Below, one piece after another: positions 1 to 12,100 of a DNA stretch of 64,000 bases. Every line of letters starts with the position of its first letter. The first letter of the stretch is position 1. A model generated the notes under the pieces. The model was not told where the DNA came from. It made no database searches and saw only the letters and a list, made by a program, of their open reading frames with translations. The position numbers and the translations under genes are program-made. The DNA comes from Phyllobates terribilis (taxonomy: Eukaryota), in NCBI RefSeq assembly GCF_046119375.1, contig NW_027362767.1, forward strand, positions 434,868,001-434,932,000, written 5' to 3'.

Positions 1-1702
1 CAATAACAAAAAAAAAACCATGATGTGTGAACAGAAGATTCTGGTTTCTCAGACTTTGCTGGTACTGCAAAAGGCAGCAGAAAATTTGCATAAAAATCTG
101 CAGCAAAAAACGCTGAAAAAAACATGTGTGAACATAGTCTAATTGTATAATTACAAGAGGAGCGAGGGTCCTGATCACAAGAGCTTACAATCTACGAGGA
201 AACACAAAAGGGATCAAGTGTCGTGTACGGTCCAGCCAACAGATTAGAAATCAGATAATGCCTCCTTCACATCGGTCCGGGCATCATCTCATCCTTTCGT
301 CCCTGGTAACGTCTCCTTCCAGTAACATCATCTCCTCCTCTAATGAAGTCTTCTTCCTTCCTCCTGGATAACTTCTCCTCCCCATAACGTCTTCACCTCC
401 TCCTTCCATATAACATCTACTCGCAGATAATGTTTTCCTCCTCCTAGGGATCACTGAGTTGCCGTCTAGTGACATTTCGGATTTCTTCCTCCGCTGGCGA
501 GGCCCTCCCTGCCCGCTCCTCTACCCAGTTCTCTCCAATAGCAACTTTTTCATTTGCATCTTTTTTTCCCCCCAAAGTTACCTTGTCTTGACTTCATCAG
601 TTATCTTTTCTTTTGATGATTTTTGAATAATTCATCATTTGTGAATTTAATATGGAATTGTAGCCCAGTGATCATGTGGAGTTCAAAATCTCATTTTTTC
701 TGCAGATGAAGAGAACTAATGTACGACATATATTGTACGAGCCTTTAGTCTAAAAAGGTGCAAAAGTGCAAAAAAATGGAAAAAATGAGCTTTGAATTTT
801 TGCAACATTCAGACCTCGAGCACCTCTTCAATGAATGGAAAGGGGCAAAAAAAAAAAAAAAAGGACTTCCGAATACAGTTTCATCGAAACCTGTGGAGTT
901 CAGATTTTATTTTATTTTTTTTTTGGGGGGGGGGGGGCAGTCAATTTTTGACACCATTAACCACAATCTGCCGCCACATCCCGGACTCTTTACATCTGCA
1001 CTATGGCGTGTGTGTGTGTGCGCGTGTATCTATGGAATTATTTCTCGCGCCTTTGCTCGGCGACCATCCACCTTGCAGTGACACGTCCTATAGGGGGCGC
1101 CGGGCGGGTGTAATAATCAGTGTGACACGATGTGGGGGGGGTGCACATTATAGGAGGTTGTACGTTCCCTGGGAAGGCAGCCGTCTCCAGCCTGTGGATT
1201 ACAACCCCCCACCTCCCCGTGTACCGCGCGGCTCTGCATGAATCACGTTCTGTGTTATATTTGGACTGGAGGTTTTTGTTCAGTTTCCATGACGACTCGG
1301 AGATGAGACAGACGGCACTTTGTGTGTGAGGGGCAGATGTGGACGCGGATCCTGCGGTGATGGGGGACTGCACTGTTGTGTACAAAACGGAACCGCGTTC
1401 GCCGAAACATTCACCGCAAGGCAGAGCGACCGCTGAGGCCGCCATGACGGCCGATCCAAGCAGAATCGCAGCGTCTCTGGGACAGTGAATTGAGAACAAT
1501 GCAGCCAGTAGGGAACCAGAACACCCTAATCTGGGCGTGTGCTCATCCTGAGCCTCCTGCTACATGAATATAAACCCTACACACAGTTTGCCATTTTTTG
1601 GGGGGAGCACACTGTACTGACGTGCCACTGCCCCCAGGACACACCACCCCTCAGAATAACTGAGGAAATACGCAAGTGATGACACAAAGTGACAAGAAAC
1701 AC

Positions 1703-1708
1703 TTTATT
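1703..1708 (-). terminator. Probable polyadenylation signal (AATAAA) of DACT3
   Basis: TTTATT on the + strand about 680 bp downstream of the DACT3 stop codon. Confidence 0.5.
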
Positions 1709-2383
1709 TACAGGATCCAATAGAAAACAATGGCGGATATTTACAGCTGTTTGCGGCAGCGGCGCCTCCTGTACACGGCCGGGTCATATATACAATCAAT
1801 ACTCGATCCGCGCCGCCTTCTCTATACACATCTGTACACAGCGGCCGGGTCACTATACACAAAACTGTACAGAACACCGGGGAGATTGTACTGATGGGGG
1901 TTCTAGTGGAGTCTGTGACAGGAACCTTCATGAGAGATCCACAGACAGAGAAAGGGTTAAACACTCATGCAACCTCACAGACAAAAATGCATCATGGGAG
2001 TTGTAGTTCACAAACTACCAGGAGACCGCCATGATGCATCGTGGGAGTCACAGTCCAGAAAGCAGTCACATTAAAGAAGCGCGACAGCCGCAGTCTGGAG
2101 GTCTCTTCGTGTACAATGCAAGAGAATGTCCTCTATTACTCCCTGTTATCAGCCATTACTGGGGGAGGTGACTGTAGGACAGGAGACTACAATCTATTAC
2201 TCTCTGATATCAACCAATACTGGGGAGAGGCAACTGTAGGACAAGCGAGTACAATCTATTGCTCCCCGTTATCAGCCACTGCTGACTAGTGTTGTTTGAT
2301 GGGAACAGTGGCAGGATGAGCAGGGAAGGGGGGCTCCACCATCATTGTGTTGGACAGGGTCCACAGTGTGGATTGGGGTCTGG

Positions 2384-3315
2384 TCACACGGTGGTCATGA
2401 CCTTGAGTGACCCCGTGTGGAACCGCATGATCTTTTTCTTAAGAGCCTGAGAAGCTTTTACCTTAAACATTTGGGGGCGCCCTTCAGCATCCCGGGGAGG
2501 AAGCTGCATTGGCCATACCAAGCCCCCTTCTTCCTCTTCCTCCTCCTCTCCTTCCGAGTCTACCCTTGCTTCCCCCTCTGGGACCCCAGCACTAATCTCT
2601 GCTGTCGACCTCCACTTTCTGCAGGGGGGTCCGATTCTCACTGTTGGGGCCCTTCCATCTCTCCCCAGGGTGTAACAACGGCTCCCTTCTTGCATATGCG
2701 TTCGAGGGTCCCCCCATTCCTGCACGAAGCCCTGTGGGTCCGCCCAGCCCTCAGTGTGAGCCCTGGCATTAGCCCAGCTTTCCTTATATGTGCGGGGGTT
2801 GACCCAGCCATCTAAGTGCCCCCTGGATCCCTGCCACACTTCTGGGGGGACCCTGAGGTCCACGCTCTCCTCTGGCCGTGGAGCCGGATCCCTCAGGCTA
2901 GTTTCTGACAGTGACCTTGGCGTTCTTCGCCCGCCTCTTTTCCTAGGCGGCTCCTCTGCAGAAAGGCATTTCCTTGGGGGTTTTGGTGGAGACCCCTCCA
3001 CACTGTGGCCCTTTAGGAGAGGCGGGTGCTTCCTGCGGGGGCCGCGGTGAGTTGGGGTGTAGGAGGTGCTGGCCATTCTGCACACTGGGGCTGGGGCAGG
3101 AGGACGGTCGGCAGAAACAGAACGGAGGTATGGGGCGCGGAGCTGACGCCGAAGGAGAGAAAGGATATAACCTTCAGCGCGGCGAGCAGGAGGTGGCGGC
3201 GGAGGAGGTGGGGGAGGGGGAGATGAAGGGGAAGGGTAAGGGGCAGACATGGAACGAGGCACCAGAAGACGAGAAGAAGAGGAACGAGGGTGGTGGGATC
3301 CCACAACCAGATCAC
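2384..3315 (-). CDS. DACT3: Dapper homolog 3, last coding exon (exon 4)
   Basis: Acceptor ctttctgccctcag|GT. The translation has the Dapper motifs VPRSMSAPYP, EGYILSLLRR, RSLSETSL, CRKWRSTAEI and GGLVWP, and ends KVKASQALKKKIMRFHTGSLKVMTTV* with the PDZ-binding MTTV. These match human DACT3 as recalled. Confidence 0.93.
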
Positions 3316-3399
3316 CTGAGGGCAGAAAGAAGAGCGGGGCAGTTACACACAGAAGAGGAGAAGCGACAGGAGCAGAGGGGGGAACTCGCCGGACCTCAC

Positions 3400-3502
3400 C
3401 TGCGCTTTTCGGGCGCTCACTGGCGTAATGCATCCGAGCCTCGGCCTGTCCTACCCGGGGGGCCCGGTCCAGGAACACGTCGCTTGACTCCAGACCATCA
3501 GC
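3400..3502 (-). CDS. DACT3: DACT3 exon 3, 3' part (5' part hidden in the N gap)
   Basis: Encodes ...MHYASERPKSAG (human DACT3: IYASERPKSLG). Donor GCAG|gtgagg at 3399 is phase 1 and compatible with exon 4. Confidence 0.85.
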
Positions 3503-3669
3503 NNNNNNNNNNNNNNNNNNNNNNNNNNNNNNNNNNNNNNNNNNNNNNNNNNNNNNNNNNNNNNNNNNNNNNNNNNNNNNNNNNNNNNNNNNNNNNNNNN
3601 NNNNNNNNNNNNNNNNNNNNNNNNNNNNNNNNNNNNNNNNNNNNNNNNNNNNNNNNNNNNNNNNNNNNN
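3503..3669. other. Assembly gap (167 N), flanked on the right by a short C-rich repeat
   Basis: Run of N in the sequence. Confidence 1.
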
Positions 3670-4877
3670 TAGTGAATACCTCCCCTTCCCCCGGTATATA
3701 CACCCCCCCCCTCCAGTACTGGACCCCCCAATATACACCCCCCTCCTCCACTACTGTACCCCCCAGTATACACCCACCCTCAGACCCCATTGCCTAGTAA
3801 GCACTCCTCATCCCATATGTACGGGGCTCCACTTATCTGTGGAGGACAGCAGTGAGTGGGTGTGAGGCAGCTGTATTAACTTGGTGGGCACGAGGCACGG
3901 GGTGGGGGGGATTTATAAACAAAGCTCAGTCCTAAAAATAACCTCATTATCTACAGCCGACATCAAACAGTCCAAGGAAGAGGGGCGTCCCCAAAATACA
4001 CCGGGAATCCTGCACCTAACTGTGTCAAGTGGAGAAGGCGTGAGGGCTGAGTGGGCTTTGTGGGCGCTCAGGTGGCTCCCTGGATGTAGTTGCAGGGGGT
4101 CTGGCGAGTGCTGGTGGGATGGAATCAGTAAGCGCAGGGGATGCACAGCAGGCTTGCAGTTTTATCAGTGCACACAAAAAGTTGTGATTTCCAAAGGGTT
4201 AATTTTTATCCCTGCCCCAATATGGCATTACTGAAGGGCGTCAGGCACGGTCCACTGGGCAGGAGAAGGAAAACATCAGGATCCACACGTGCGCTGGGCA
4301 GGAATGAGCACGGCCCACCAGTCATCTCAAAAAATCCCCATCCAAACCCACCACAGCGGCGCCCTCTGCAGAGCACAGCGGTGAAGGCACTGGGACCGAC
4401 CGCTGCAGCAATCAGGATTGGAGAGCAAGAAAGGTCACCAAATGTCGGGCACCGCCAAGACAACATCTCACCTCCTCCAACCGCCGCCGACTAAACCCTT
4501 TCATAACAGATTATTAGGCAGAACCAAGAATCCTTGGGCCCCATGTGACGGCAGCACAGGAGCCGGGCAGAAATGGGGCCCCGGAGCCGAGGAGGGTATG
4601 AGGGGTGGGAGAGACTCTGGCACCACAAGGAAACAAGAAACATCACAGAGGACGAGCGGCCAAAAGATCAGCGGCAGCAGGTGCATCATAATGGTATCTA
4701 TCTGTATATGAGCACTGACACCCAGAAGGGCCACCTGCCCGCCCACTGCATGTACAGGTCCCCCCGGCACACAGTGCCCAGGATCACCCCCGGCCCGCGC
4801 TGCCCACTATACACAGTGTCCTCTCGGAGTTGGATGCTGGGTGTTGATCTCCCGGTACGGCCGTGTTGCCGGCTCAC

Positions 4878-4956
4878 CGTTCTCCTGATCGTTCTCCGCT
4901 CTTAACCGTAATTCTCCAAGTTGTCTCTCCAACTCCCACAGCTGCCGGTCCAGATC
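4878..4956 (-). CDS. DACT3: DACT3 exon 2
   Basis: cccttgtcctcag|GATCTG...AACG|gtgag, 79 nt. Encodes DLDRQLWELERQLGELRLRAENDQEN, the Dapper leucine-zipper-like segment. Phase 0 in, phase 1 out. Confidence 0.85.
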
Positions 4957-5049
4957 CTGAGGACAAGGGGGAGTAATGGGAGACTATCATAACATACAGG
5001 GACCACGGGCGTCTTATACACATACTGAGGTGGGCGATGATGGGGGTTA

Positions 5050-6972
5050 TAGAGGTGTGAAAAAGTATTTGCCCCCTTCCTGATAGCTTATTATTTTGCA
5101 TGTTTGTCACACTAGTTTGGTGATCTGAAACATTTAAATATTAGACAAAGATAACACAAAATGCAGTTTTTAAATGGAGGTCTTTATTATTAAGGGAAAA
5201 AGAAATCCAAACCTACAGTGCCCTGTGTGAAAGTGATCGCCCCCTAAACCTAATAACTGGTTGGGCCCTTAGCACCAACAACTGCATTCAAGCATTTGTG
5301 ATAACCGGCAATGAGTCTTTACAACGCTCTGGAGGAATTTTTGCCGCTCATCTTTGCAGAATTATTGTAATTTAGCCACATTGGAGGGTTTCCGAGCATG
5401 AACCGCCTATTTAAGGTCTGGCCACAGCATCTCAATCAGATTAAGGTCAGGACTCTGACTAGGCCACTCCAAAGTCTTAATTTTGTTTTTCTTAAGCCAT
5501 TCAGAGGTGGAATTGCTGGTGTGTTTTGGATCATTGTCTTGCTGCATAACCCAAGTGCGCTTCAGCTTGAGGTCAGGAACAGATGGCCAGACATTCTCCT
5601 TCAGGATTTTTTGATAGACAGCAGAATTCATGGTTCCATTTACCACAGCAAGTCTTCCAGGTCCTGAAGCAGCAAAGCAACCACAGACCATCACACTACC
5701 ACCACCATATTTTACTGTTGGTATGATGTTCCTTTTCCGATATGCTGCGTTACTTCTACGCCAGATGTAATGGGACATACACCTCCCAAAAAGTTAAACT
5801 TTTGTCCCGTCAGTCCACAGTGTATTCTCCCAAAAGTCTTGGCGATCATCAAGATGTTTTCTGTCAGAATTTCCAAGAGCCTTTATGTTCCTTTTGCTCA
5901 GCCAGGGCTGTGAAATCAGAGTCGGTGTCCATTTTGGTGGCGTCAGGCTCGGTATAAAATGGATCGACTCCAACTCCTAAAACATATAATAAATTGGGTA
6001 CAGTAGTTCAGTGCAGTTTGTGGGGAATATTTTTTCAGAAGAATTTGGGAAAGTTATGACATGTCCTATAAATGTCTGTCCTATTCCTGATCTGAGGGTC
6101 TGGACTTTTAGCTGAGATGAATCTGTGCTGCAGTAAATTTATCACTTAAATATGAGCCATGTATGAGGGAGTCGGAGTCAGTGTCATGGAAAATGAGGAG
6201 TCGGAAGTTTGACTTACCGACTCCACAGCCCTGTGCTCAGCAGTGGTTTTAGTCTTGGACCTCTGCCATTTTTGCCCAGTCTCTTTCTTATGGTGGAGTC
6301 ATGAACACTGAACTTAACTGAGGCAAGTGAGGCCTGCAGTTCTTTGCATGTTGTTGTGGGATCTTTTGTGACCTCTTGGATGAGTCGTTGCTGCGCTCTT
6401 GGGGTAATTTTGGTCGGCCGGCCACTCCTGGGAAGGTTCACCACTGTTCCATGTTTTTGCCATTTGCGGATAATGGCTCTCCCTGGGTTTTGCTGGAGGC
6501 CCAAAGATTTAGAAATGGCATTATAACCTTTTCCAGACTGATAGATCTCAATTACTTTGTTTCTCTTTTGTTCCTGAATTTCTTTGGATCGCAGCATGAT
6601 GTCTAGCTTTTGAGGATCTTTTGGTTTACTTCACTTTGTCAGGTAGGTCCTATTTAAGTGATTTCTTGATTGATAACAGGTGTGTCAGTAATCAGGGCTG
6701 TGTGTGGCTGGGAAATTGAACTCCGCTTCCCAAAGGTGTGACATAAATTAACTGGTTTGTTTTAAAAGGGGTGGGGGGCAATCACTTTTTCACACAGGGC
6801 CCTGTAGGTTTGGATTTCTTTTCCCCTCCCTTAATAAAAAATGACCTTAATTTAAAAACTGCATTTTGTGGTTACTTGTGTTTTCTTTGTCTAATATTTA
6901 AATTCATTTTGTTATCTGAAACATTTAAGTGACAAACATGCAAAGAATAAGAAATCAGGAAGGGGGCAAAAA
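5050..6972 (-). mobile_element. Tc1-like DNA transposon (DD34E), decayed, with an inserted MITE
   Basis: Long imperfect TIRs (about 5050-5250 vs 6770-6972). Transposase fragments: MLRSKEIQEQKRNKVIEIYQSGKGY (ATG 6597) and QQDNDPKH...SPDLNLIE, with 34 residues between D and E. The right end is truncated at a (GT)n/minisatellite junction. Confidence 0.9.
5903..6233. mobile_element. hAT-type MITE (331 bp) inserted in the Tc1 transposase
   Basis: Termini CAGGGCTGTG...CACAGCCCTG, flanked by a perfect 8-bp TSD TGCTCAGC (5895-5902 and 6234-6241). Confidence 0.9.
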
Positions 6973-7880
6973 TGTGTGTGTGTGTGTGTACACACACTGG
7001 GGTGGGGGAAGATGGGGGTAATACACACACACACACTGGGGTGGGGGAAGATGGGGGTAATACACACACACACACACTGGGGTGGGGGAAGATGGGGGTA
7101 ATACACACACACACACACTGGGGTGGGGGAAGATGGGGGTAATACACACACACATACTGGGGTGGGGGAAGATGGGGGTAATACACACACACATACTGGG
7201 GTGGGGGAAGATGGGGGTAATACACACACACATACTGGGGTGGGGGAAGATGGGGGTAATACACACACATACTGGGGTGGGGGAAGATGGGGGTAATACA
7301 CACACACATACTGGGGTGGGGGAAGATGGGGGTAATACACACACACATACTGGGGTGGGGGAAGATGGGGGTAATACACACACATACTGGGGTGGGGGAA
7401 GATGGGGGTAATACACACACATACTGGGGTGGGGGAAGATGGGGTAATACACACACATACTGGGGTGGGGGAAGATGGGGGTGATATACACACATACTAG
7501 GGTGGGGGAAGATGGGGGTGATATACACACATACTAGGGTGGGGGAAGATGGGGGTGATATACACACATACTAGGGTGGGGGAAGATGGGGGTGATATAC
7601 ACACATACTAGGGTGGGGGAAGATGGGGGTGATATACACACATACTAGGGTGGGGGAAGATGGGGGTGATATACACACATACTAGGGTGGGGGAAGATGG
7701 GGGTGATATACACACATACTAGGGTGGGGGAAGATGGGGGTGATATACACACATACTGGGGTGGGGGAATATATATATACACACACATACACACACATAT
7801 ACTGGGGTGAGAGATGATGGGGGTTACTTACACATATAATGGGGTGGGAGATGTTGGGGGTTATACACACATACACTGGG
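6973..7880. repeat. G-rich minisatellite, about 32-38 bp unit (CTGGGGTGGGGGAAGATGGGGGTAATA(CA)nTA), in DACT3 intron 1
   Basis: Directly visible tandem units whose CA tract varies in length. Confidence 0.95.
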
Positions 7881-7956
7881 GTTACAGTCTGTCACGTTGC
7901 GGGTGACGCGGGCTGTGGACATATACGGGGGAGGATTGCTCTCGCCGCCTTCTTAC

Positions 7957-8094
7957 CTCTCCGCCCCGTAGCGCCCGCCGCACTCGCACCTCCTGCCGCT
8001 CCCGCAGTAGTTTCAGCTCGCAGAGGCCGGCCACACTCCCCCGCAACAACTGACGGAGTCGCCCCCGGTCCACAGAGATTCCCGAGCCCAGCAT
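7957..8094 (-). CDS. DACT3: DACT3 exon 1
   Basis: ATG at 8094. MLGSGISVDRGRLRQLLRGSVAGLCELKLLRERQEVRVRRALRGGE resembles the human DACT3 N-terminus (RGRLRGWLEGSLAGLCELHWLRERQEYRV). Donor GAG|gtaaga, 138 nt, phase 0. Confidence 0.92.
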
Positions 8095-8884
8095 GTCACC
8101 CGGAGCCGGCGCCGATATGACTGAGCAACCGCAGCTAGAGCTCCGCGGCCCAAAGCGTAGAACGGACCAATCACAGGCCGCTAAATCACTGACGCTCTGC
8201 GCCTTACCCAATCACAGGCAGGCGATGCTGACAAGTCCCGCCCTCTTACAGACAGGCCGGATCATATGCACATTAACCCCGCCCACCTCAGCCTCACAAC
8301 CTTTTTCATCCACAGCTGATCCAATCACAGGACGAGTCATCTGCATATTCTGGATTGACATTAGCCACTCCCAGAGCTCAGTGGCCTATTAAACCACGCC
8401 CCTAAAAAAAGCCTGCATGACTGACACTGAGCTCAGCCAGTAACATTACTCCGAGAAATGTAACAGCCAATCACTGATTAGTGTTTAGCTTTCTGCAAGC
8501 CAATGAGCACATAGTTGCCTAGGCTGCAGGTATAAATGCTCGCTACTAGCTCCACCCTCAATGCGCTGCCACGTCAAAGAAGAGACTAAAACGTCATCTG
8601 TGGCTGAGGGAGGAGCCGGCAGTGGTGTTTAGGAGGTGGGCGGAGACAAGAGCCTGGAGGATCAGACGTTTTTATTTATGTCTGTGTCACGGAGAACAAT
8701 AAAGTTTAAAATAAGTGACGTCACAGGGGGCGGGCACCAGAGGCAGACACGTGAGTCTGATGTAAATTAAGTGATACAATGTATCCAGCGGCGGAAACTG
8801 CGGTGATGGCGGCTCCTCCCCCGTAGAGCCGGCACCGCCTGCTCTCCGGTCACGTTTCCATCAGGGATTCCGGGGCTTTTAAAG
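8095..8884. promoter_or_regulatory. CpG-rich putative bidirectional promoter between DACT3 and FKRP
   Basis: Five CCAAT boxes (8167, 8208, 8321, 8467, 8500), TATAAAT at 8531, palindromic CRE GTGACGTCAC at 8715-8724, GC box at about 8727, and a YY1-like GATGGCGGC at 8805. Confidence 0.6.
8780..8884 (+). other. FKRP: Probable non-coding first exon of FKRP (start approximate)
   Basis: Strong donor AAAG|gtaaga at 8885 just downstream of the CRE/GC box. The clearest downstream acceptor I found is ttctcccccag|G at 15412/15413, 29 nt before the FKRP ATG. Confidence 0.55.
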
Positions 8885-9114
8885 GTAAGAAAAGAGGAAA
8901 CCTGAAGACGTAATTATAGGTCGGTGTGGCCCCATAGGAACCGGCGGCATAGATGTGCGCGAGGTTAGAGGGTCCCTATACTGTACCCGGGCCCGGCCAA
9001 GGTTAGGGCCCCACTGGCCCATTGTCTGGGGCTGTGTAACAGTCATGTGACCGGTTACTATGGAGCCTGATAACCTGTGTAGCAATATCTCCATAGTAAC
9101 CGGATTGTCAGACC

Positions 9115-12100
9115 GAGCCGCTCATCATCCAGACAAGGCTGAGCGCCCACAACCCCCATCATCCAGACAAGGCTGTGCGCCCACAACCCCCATCATCCAG
9201 ACAAGGCTGAGCGCCCACAACCCCCATCATCCAGACAAGGCTAAGGCTGAGAGCCCACAACCCCCATCATCCAGACAAGGCTAAGGCTGAGAGCCCACAA
9301 CCCCCATCATCCACGACAGGGCTGAGAGCCCACAACCCCCATCATCCACGACAGGGCTGAGAGCCCACAACCCCCGTCATCCACGACAGGGCTGAGCACC
9401 CACAGCCCCCATCATCCACGACAGGGCTGAGCACCCACAGCCCCCATCATCCACGACAGGGCTGAGCACCCACAGCCCCCATCATCCACGACAGGGCTGA
9501 GCGCCCACAGCCCCCATCATCCACGACAGGGCTGAGCGCCCACAGCCCCCATCATCCACGACAGGGCTGAGCGCCCACAGCCCCCATCATCCACGACAGG
9601 GCTGAGCACCCACAGCCCCCATCATCCACGACAGGGCTGAGCGCCCACAGCCCCCATCATCCACGACAGGGCTGAGCGCCCACAACCCCCATCATCCACG
9701 ACAGGGCTGAGCGCCCACAACCCCCATCATCCACGACAGGGCTGAGTGCCCATAACCCCCATCATCCAGACAAGGCTGAGCGCCCACAACCCCCATCATC
9801 CAGACAAGGCTGAGCGCCCACAACCCCCATCATCCAGACAAGGCTGAGCGCCCACAACCCCCATCATCCAGACAAGACTGAGCGCCCACAACCCCCATCA
9901 TCCAGACAAGGCTGAGCGCCCACAACCCCCATCATCCAGACAAGGCTGAGCGCCCACAACCCCCATCATCCAGACAAGGCTGAGCGCCCACAACCCCCAT
10001 CATCCAGACAAGGCTAAGGCTGAGAGCCCACAACCCCCATCATCCACGACAGGGCTGAGCGCCCACAACCCCCGTCATCCACGACAGGGCTGAGCGCCCA
10101 CAACCCCCATCATCCATGACAGGGCTGAGTGCCCACAACCCCCATCATCCAGACAAGGCTAAGGCTGAGCGCCCACAACCCCCATCATCCACGACAGGGC
10201 TGAGCACCCACAACCCCCATCATCCACGACAGGGCTGAGCACCCACAACCCCCATCATCCACGACAGGGCTGAGAGCCCACAACCCCCATCATCCAGACA
10301 AGGCTGAGCGCCCACAACCCCTATCATCCAGACAAGGCTAAGGCTGAGCGCCCACAACCCCCATCATCCACGACAGGGCTGAGCACCCACAACCCCCATC
10401 ATCCACGACAGGGCTGAGCACCCACAACCCCCATCATCCACGACAGGGCTGAGAGCCCACAACCCCCATCATCCAGACAAGGCTGAGCGCCCACAACCCC
10501 TATCATCCAGACAAGGCTAAGGCTGAGCGCCCACAACCCCCATCATCCACGACAGGGCTGAGCACCCACAACCCCCATCATCCACGACAGGGCTGAGCAC
10601 CCACAACCCCCATCATCCACGACAGGGCTGAGAGCCCACAACCCCCATCATCCAGACAAGGCTGAGCGCCCACAACCCCTATCATCCAGACAAGGCTAAG
10701 GCTGAGCGCCCACAACCCCCATCATCCAGACAAGGCTAAGGCTGAGCGCCCACAACCCCCATCATCCACGACAGGGCTGAGCACCCACAACCCCCATCAT
10801 CCACGACAGGGCTGAGCACCCACAACCCCCATCATCCACGACAGGGCTGAGAGCCCACAACCCCCATCATCCAGACAAGGCTGAGCGCCCACAACCCCTA
10901 TCATCCAGACCAGGCTAAGGCTGAGCGCCCACAACCCCCATCATCCACGACAGGGCTGAGCACCCACAACCCCCATCATCCACGACAGGGCTGAGCACCC
11001 ACAACCCCCATCATCCACGACAGGGCTGAGCACCCACAACCCCCATCATCCACGACAGGGCTGAGCGCCCACAACCCCCATCATCCAGACAAGGCTGAGC
11101 GCCCACAACCCCCATCATCCAGACAAGGCTGAGCGCCCACAACCCCCATCATCCAGACAAGGCTGAGCGCCCACAACCCCCATCATCCAGACAAGGCTGA
11201 GCGCCCACAACCCCCATCATCCAGACAAGGCTGAGCGCCAACAACCCCCATCATCCAGACAAGGCTGAGCGCCCGCAACCCCCATGATCCATACAAGGCT
11301 GAGCGCCCGCAACCCCCGTGATCCACAACAAGGCTGAGCGCCCACAACCCCCATGATCCACAACAGGGCTGAGCGCCCACAACCCCCATGATCCACGACA
11401 GGGCTGAGCGCCCACAACCCCCCATGATCCACGACAGGGCTGAGCGCCCACAACCCCCCATGATCCACGACAGGGCTGAGCGCCCACAACCCCCCATGAT
11501 CCACGACAGGGCTGAGCGCCCACAACCCCCCATGATCCACGACAGGGCTGAGCGCCCACAACCCCCCATGATCCACGACAGGGCTGAGCACCCACAACCC
11601 CCATCATCCACGACAGGGCTGAGCACCCACAACCCCCATCATCCACGACAGGGCTGAGAGCCCACAACCCCCATCATCCACGACAGGGCTGAGAGCCCAC
11701 AACCCCCATCATCCACGACAGGGCTGAGAGCCCACAACCCCCATCATCCACGACAGGGCTGAGAGCCCACAACCCCCATCATCCACGACAGGGCTGAGAG
11801 CCCACAACCCCCATCATCCACGACAGGGCTGAGAGCCCACAACCCCCATCATCCACGACAGGGCTGAGAGCCCACAACCCCCGTCATCCACGACAGGGCT
11901 GAGCGCCCACAACCCCCATCATCCATGACAGGGCTGAGTGCCCACAACCCCCATCATCCAGACAAGGCTAAGGCTGAGCGCCCACAACCCCCATCATCCA
12001 CGACAGGGCTGAGCACCCACAACCCCCATCATCCACGACAGGGCTGAGCACCCACAACCCCCATCATCCACGACAGGGCTGAGAGCCCACAACCCCCATC

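Noticed and set aside
284-475. 63-aa purine-rich minus-strand ORF
   Set aside because: No recognisable family, an in-frame stop lies shortly upstream, and no convincing splice acceptor was found
4206-4466. GFFEMTGGPCS resembling the DACT3 exon 3 start (GFYEDPSSTGG)
   Set aside because: The nearest good acceptor (ctctgcag) gives a different frame with a stop when joined to exon 2 in phase 1. The real exon 3 start most likely lies in the N gap.
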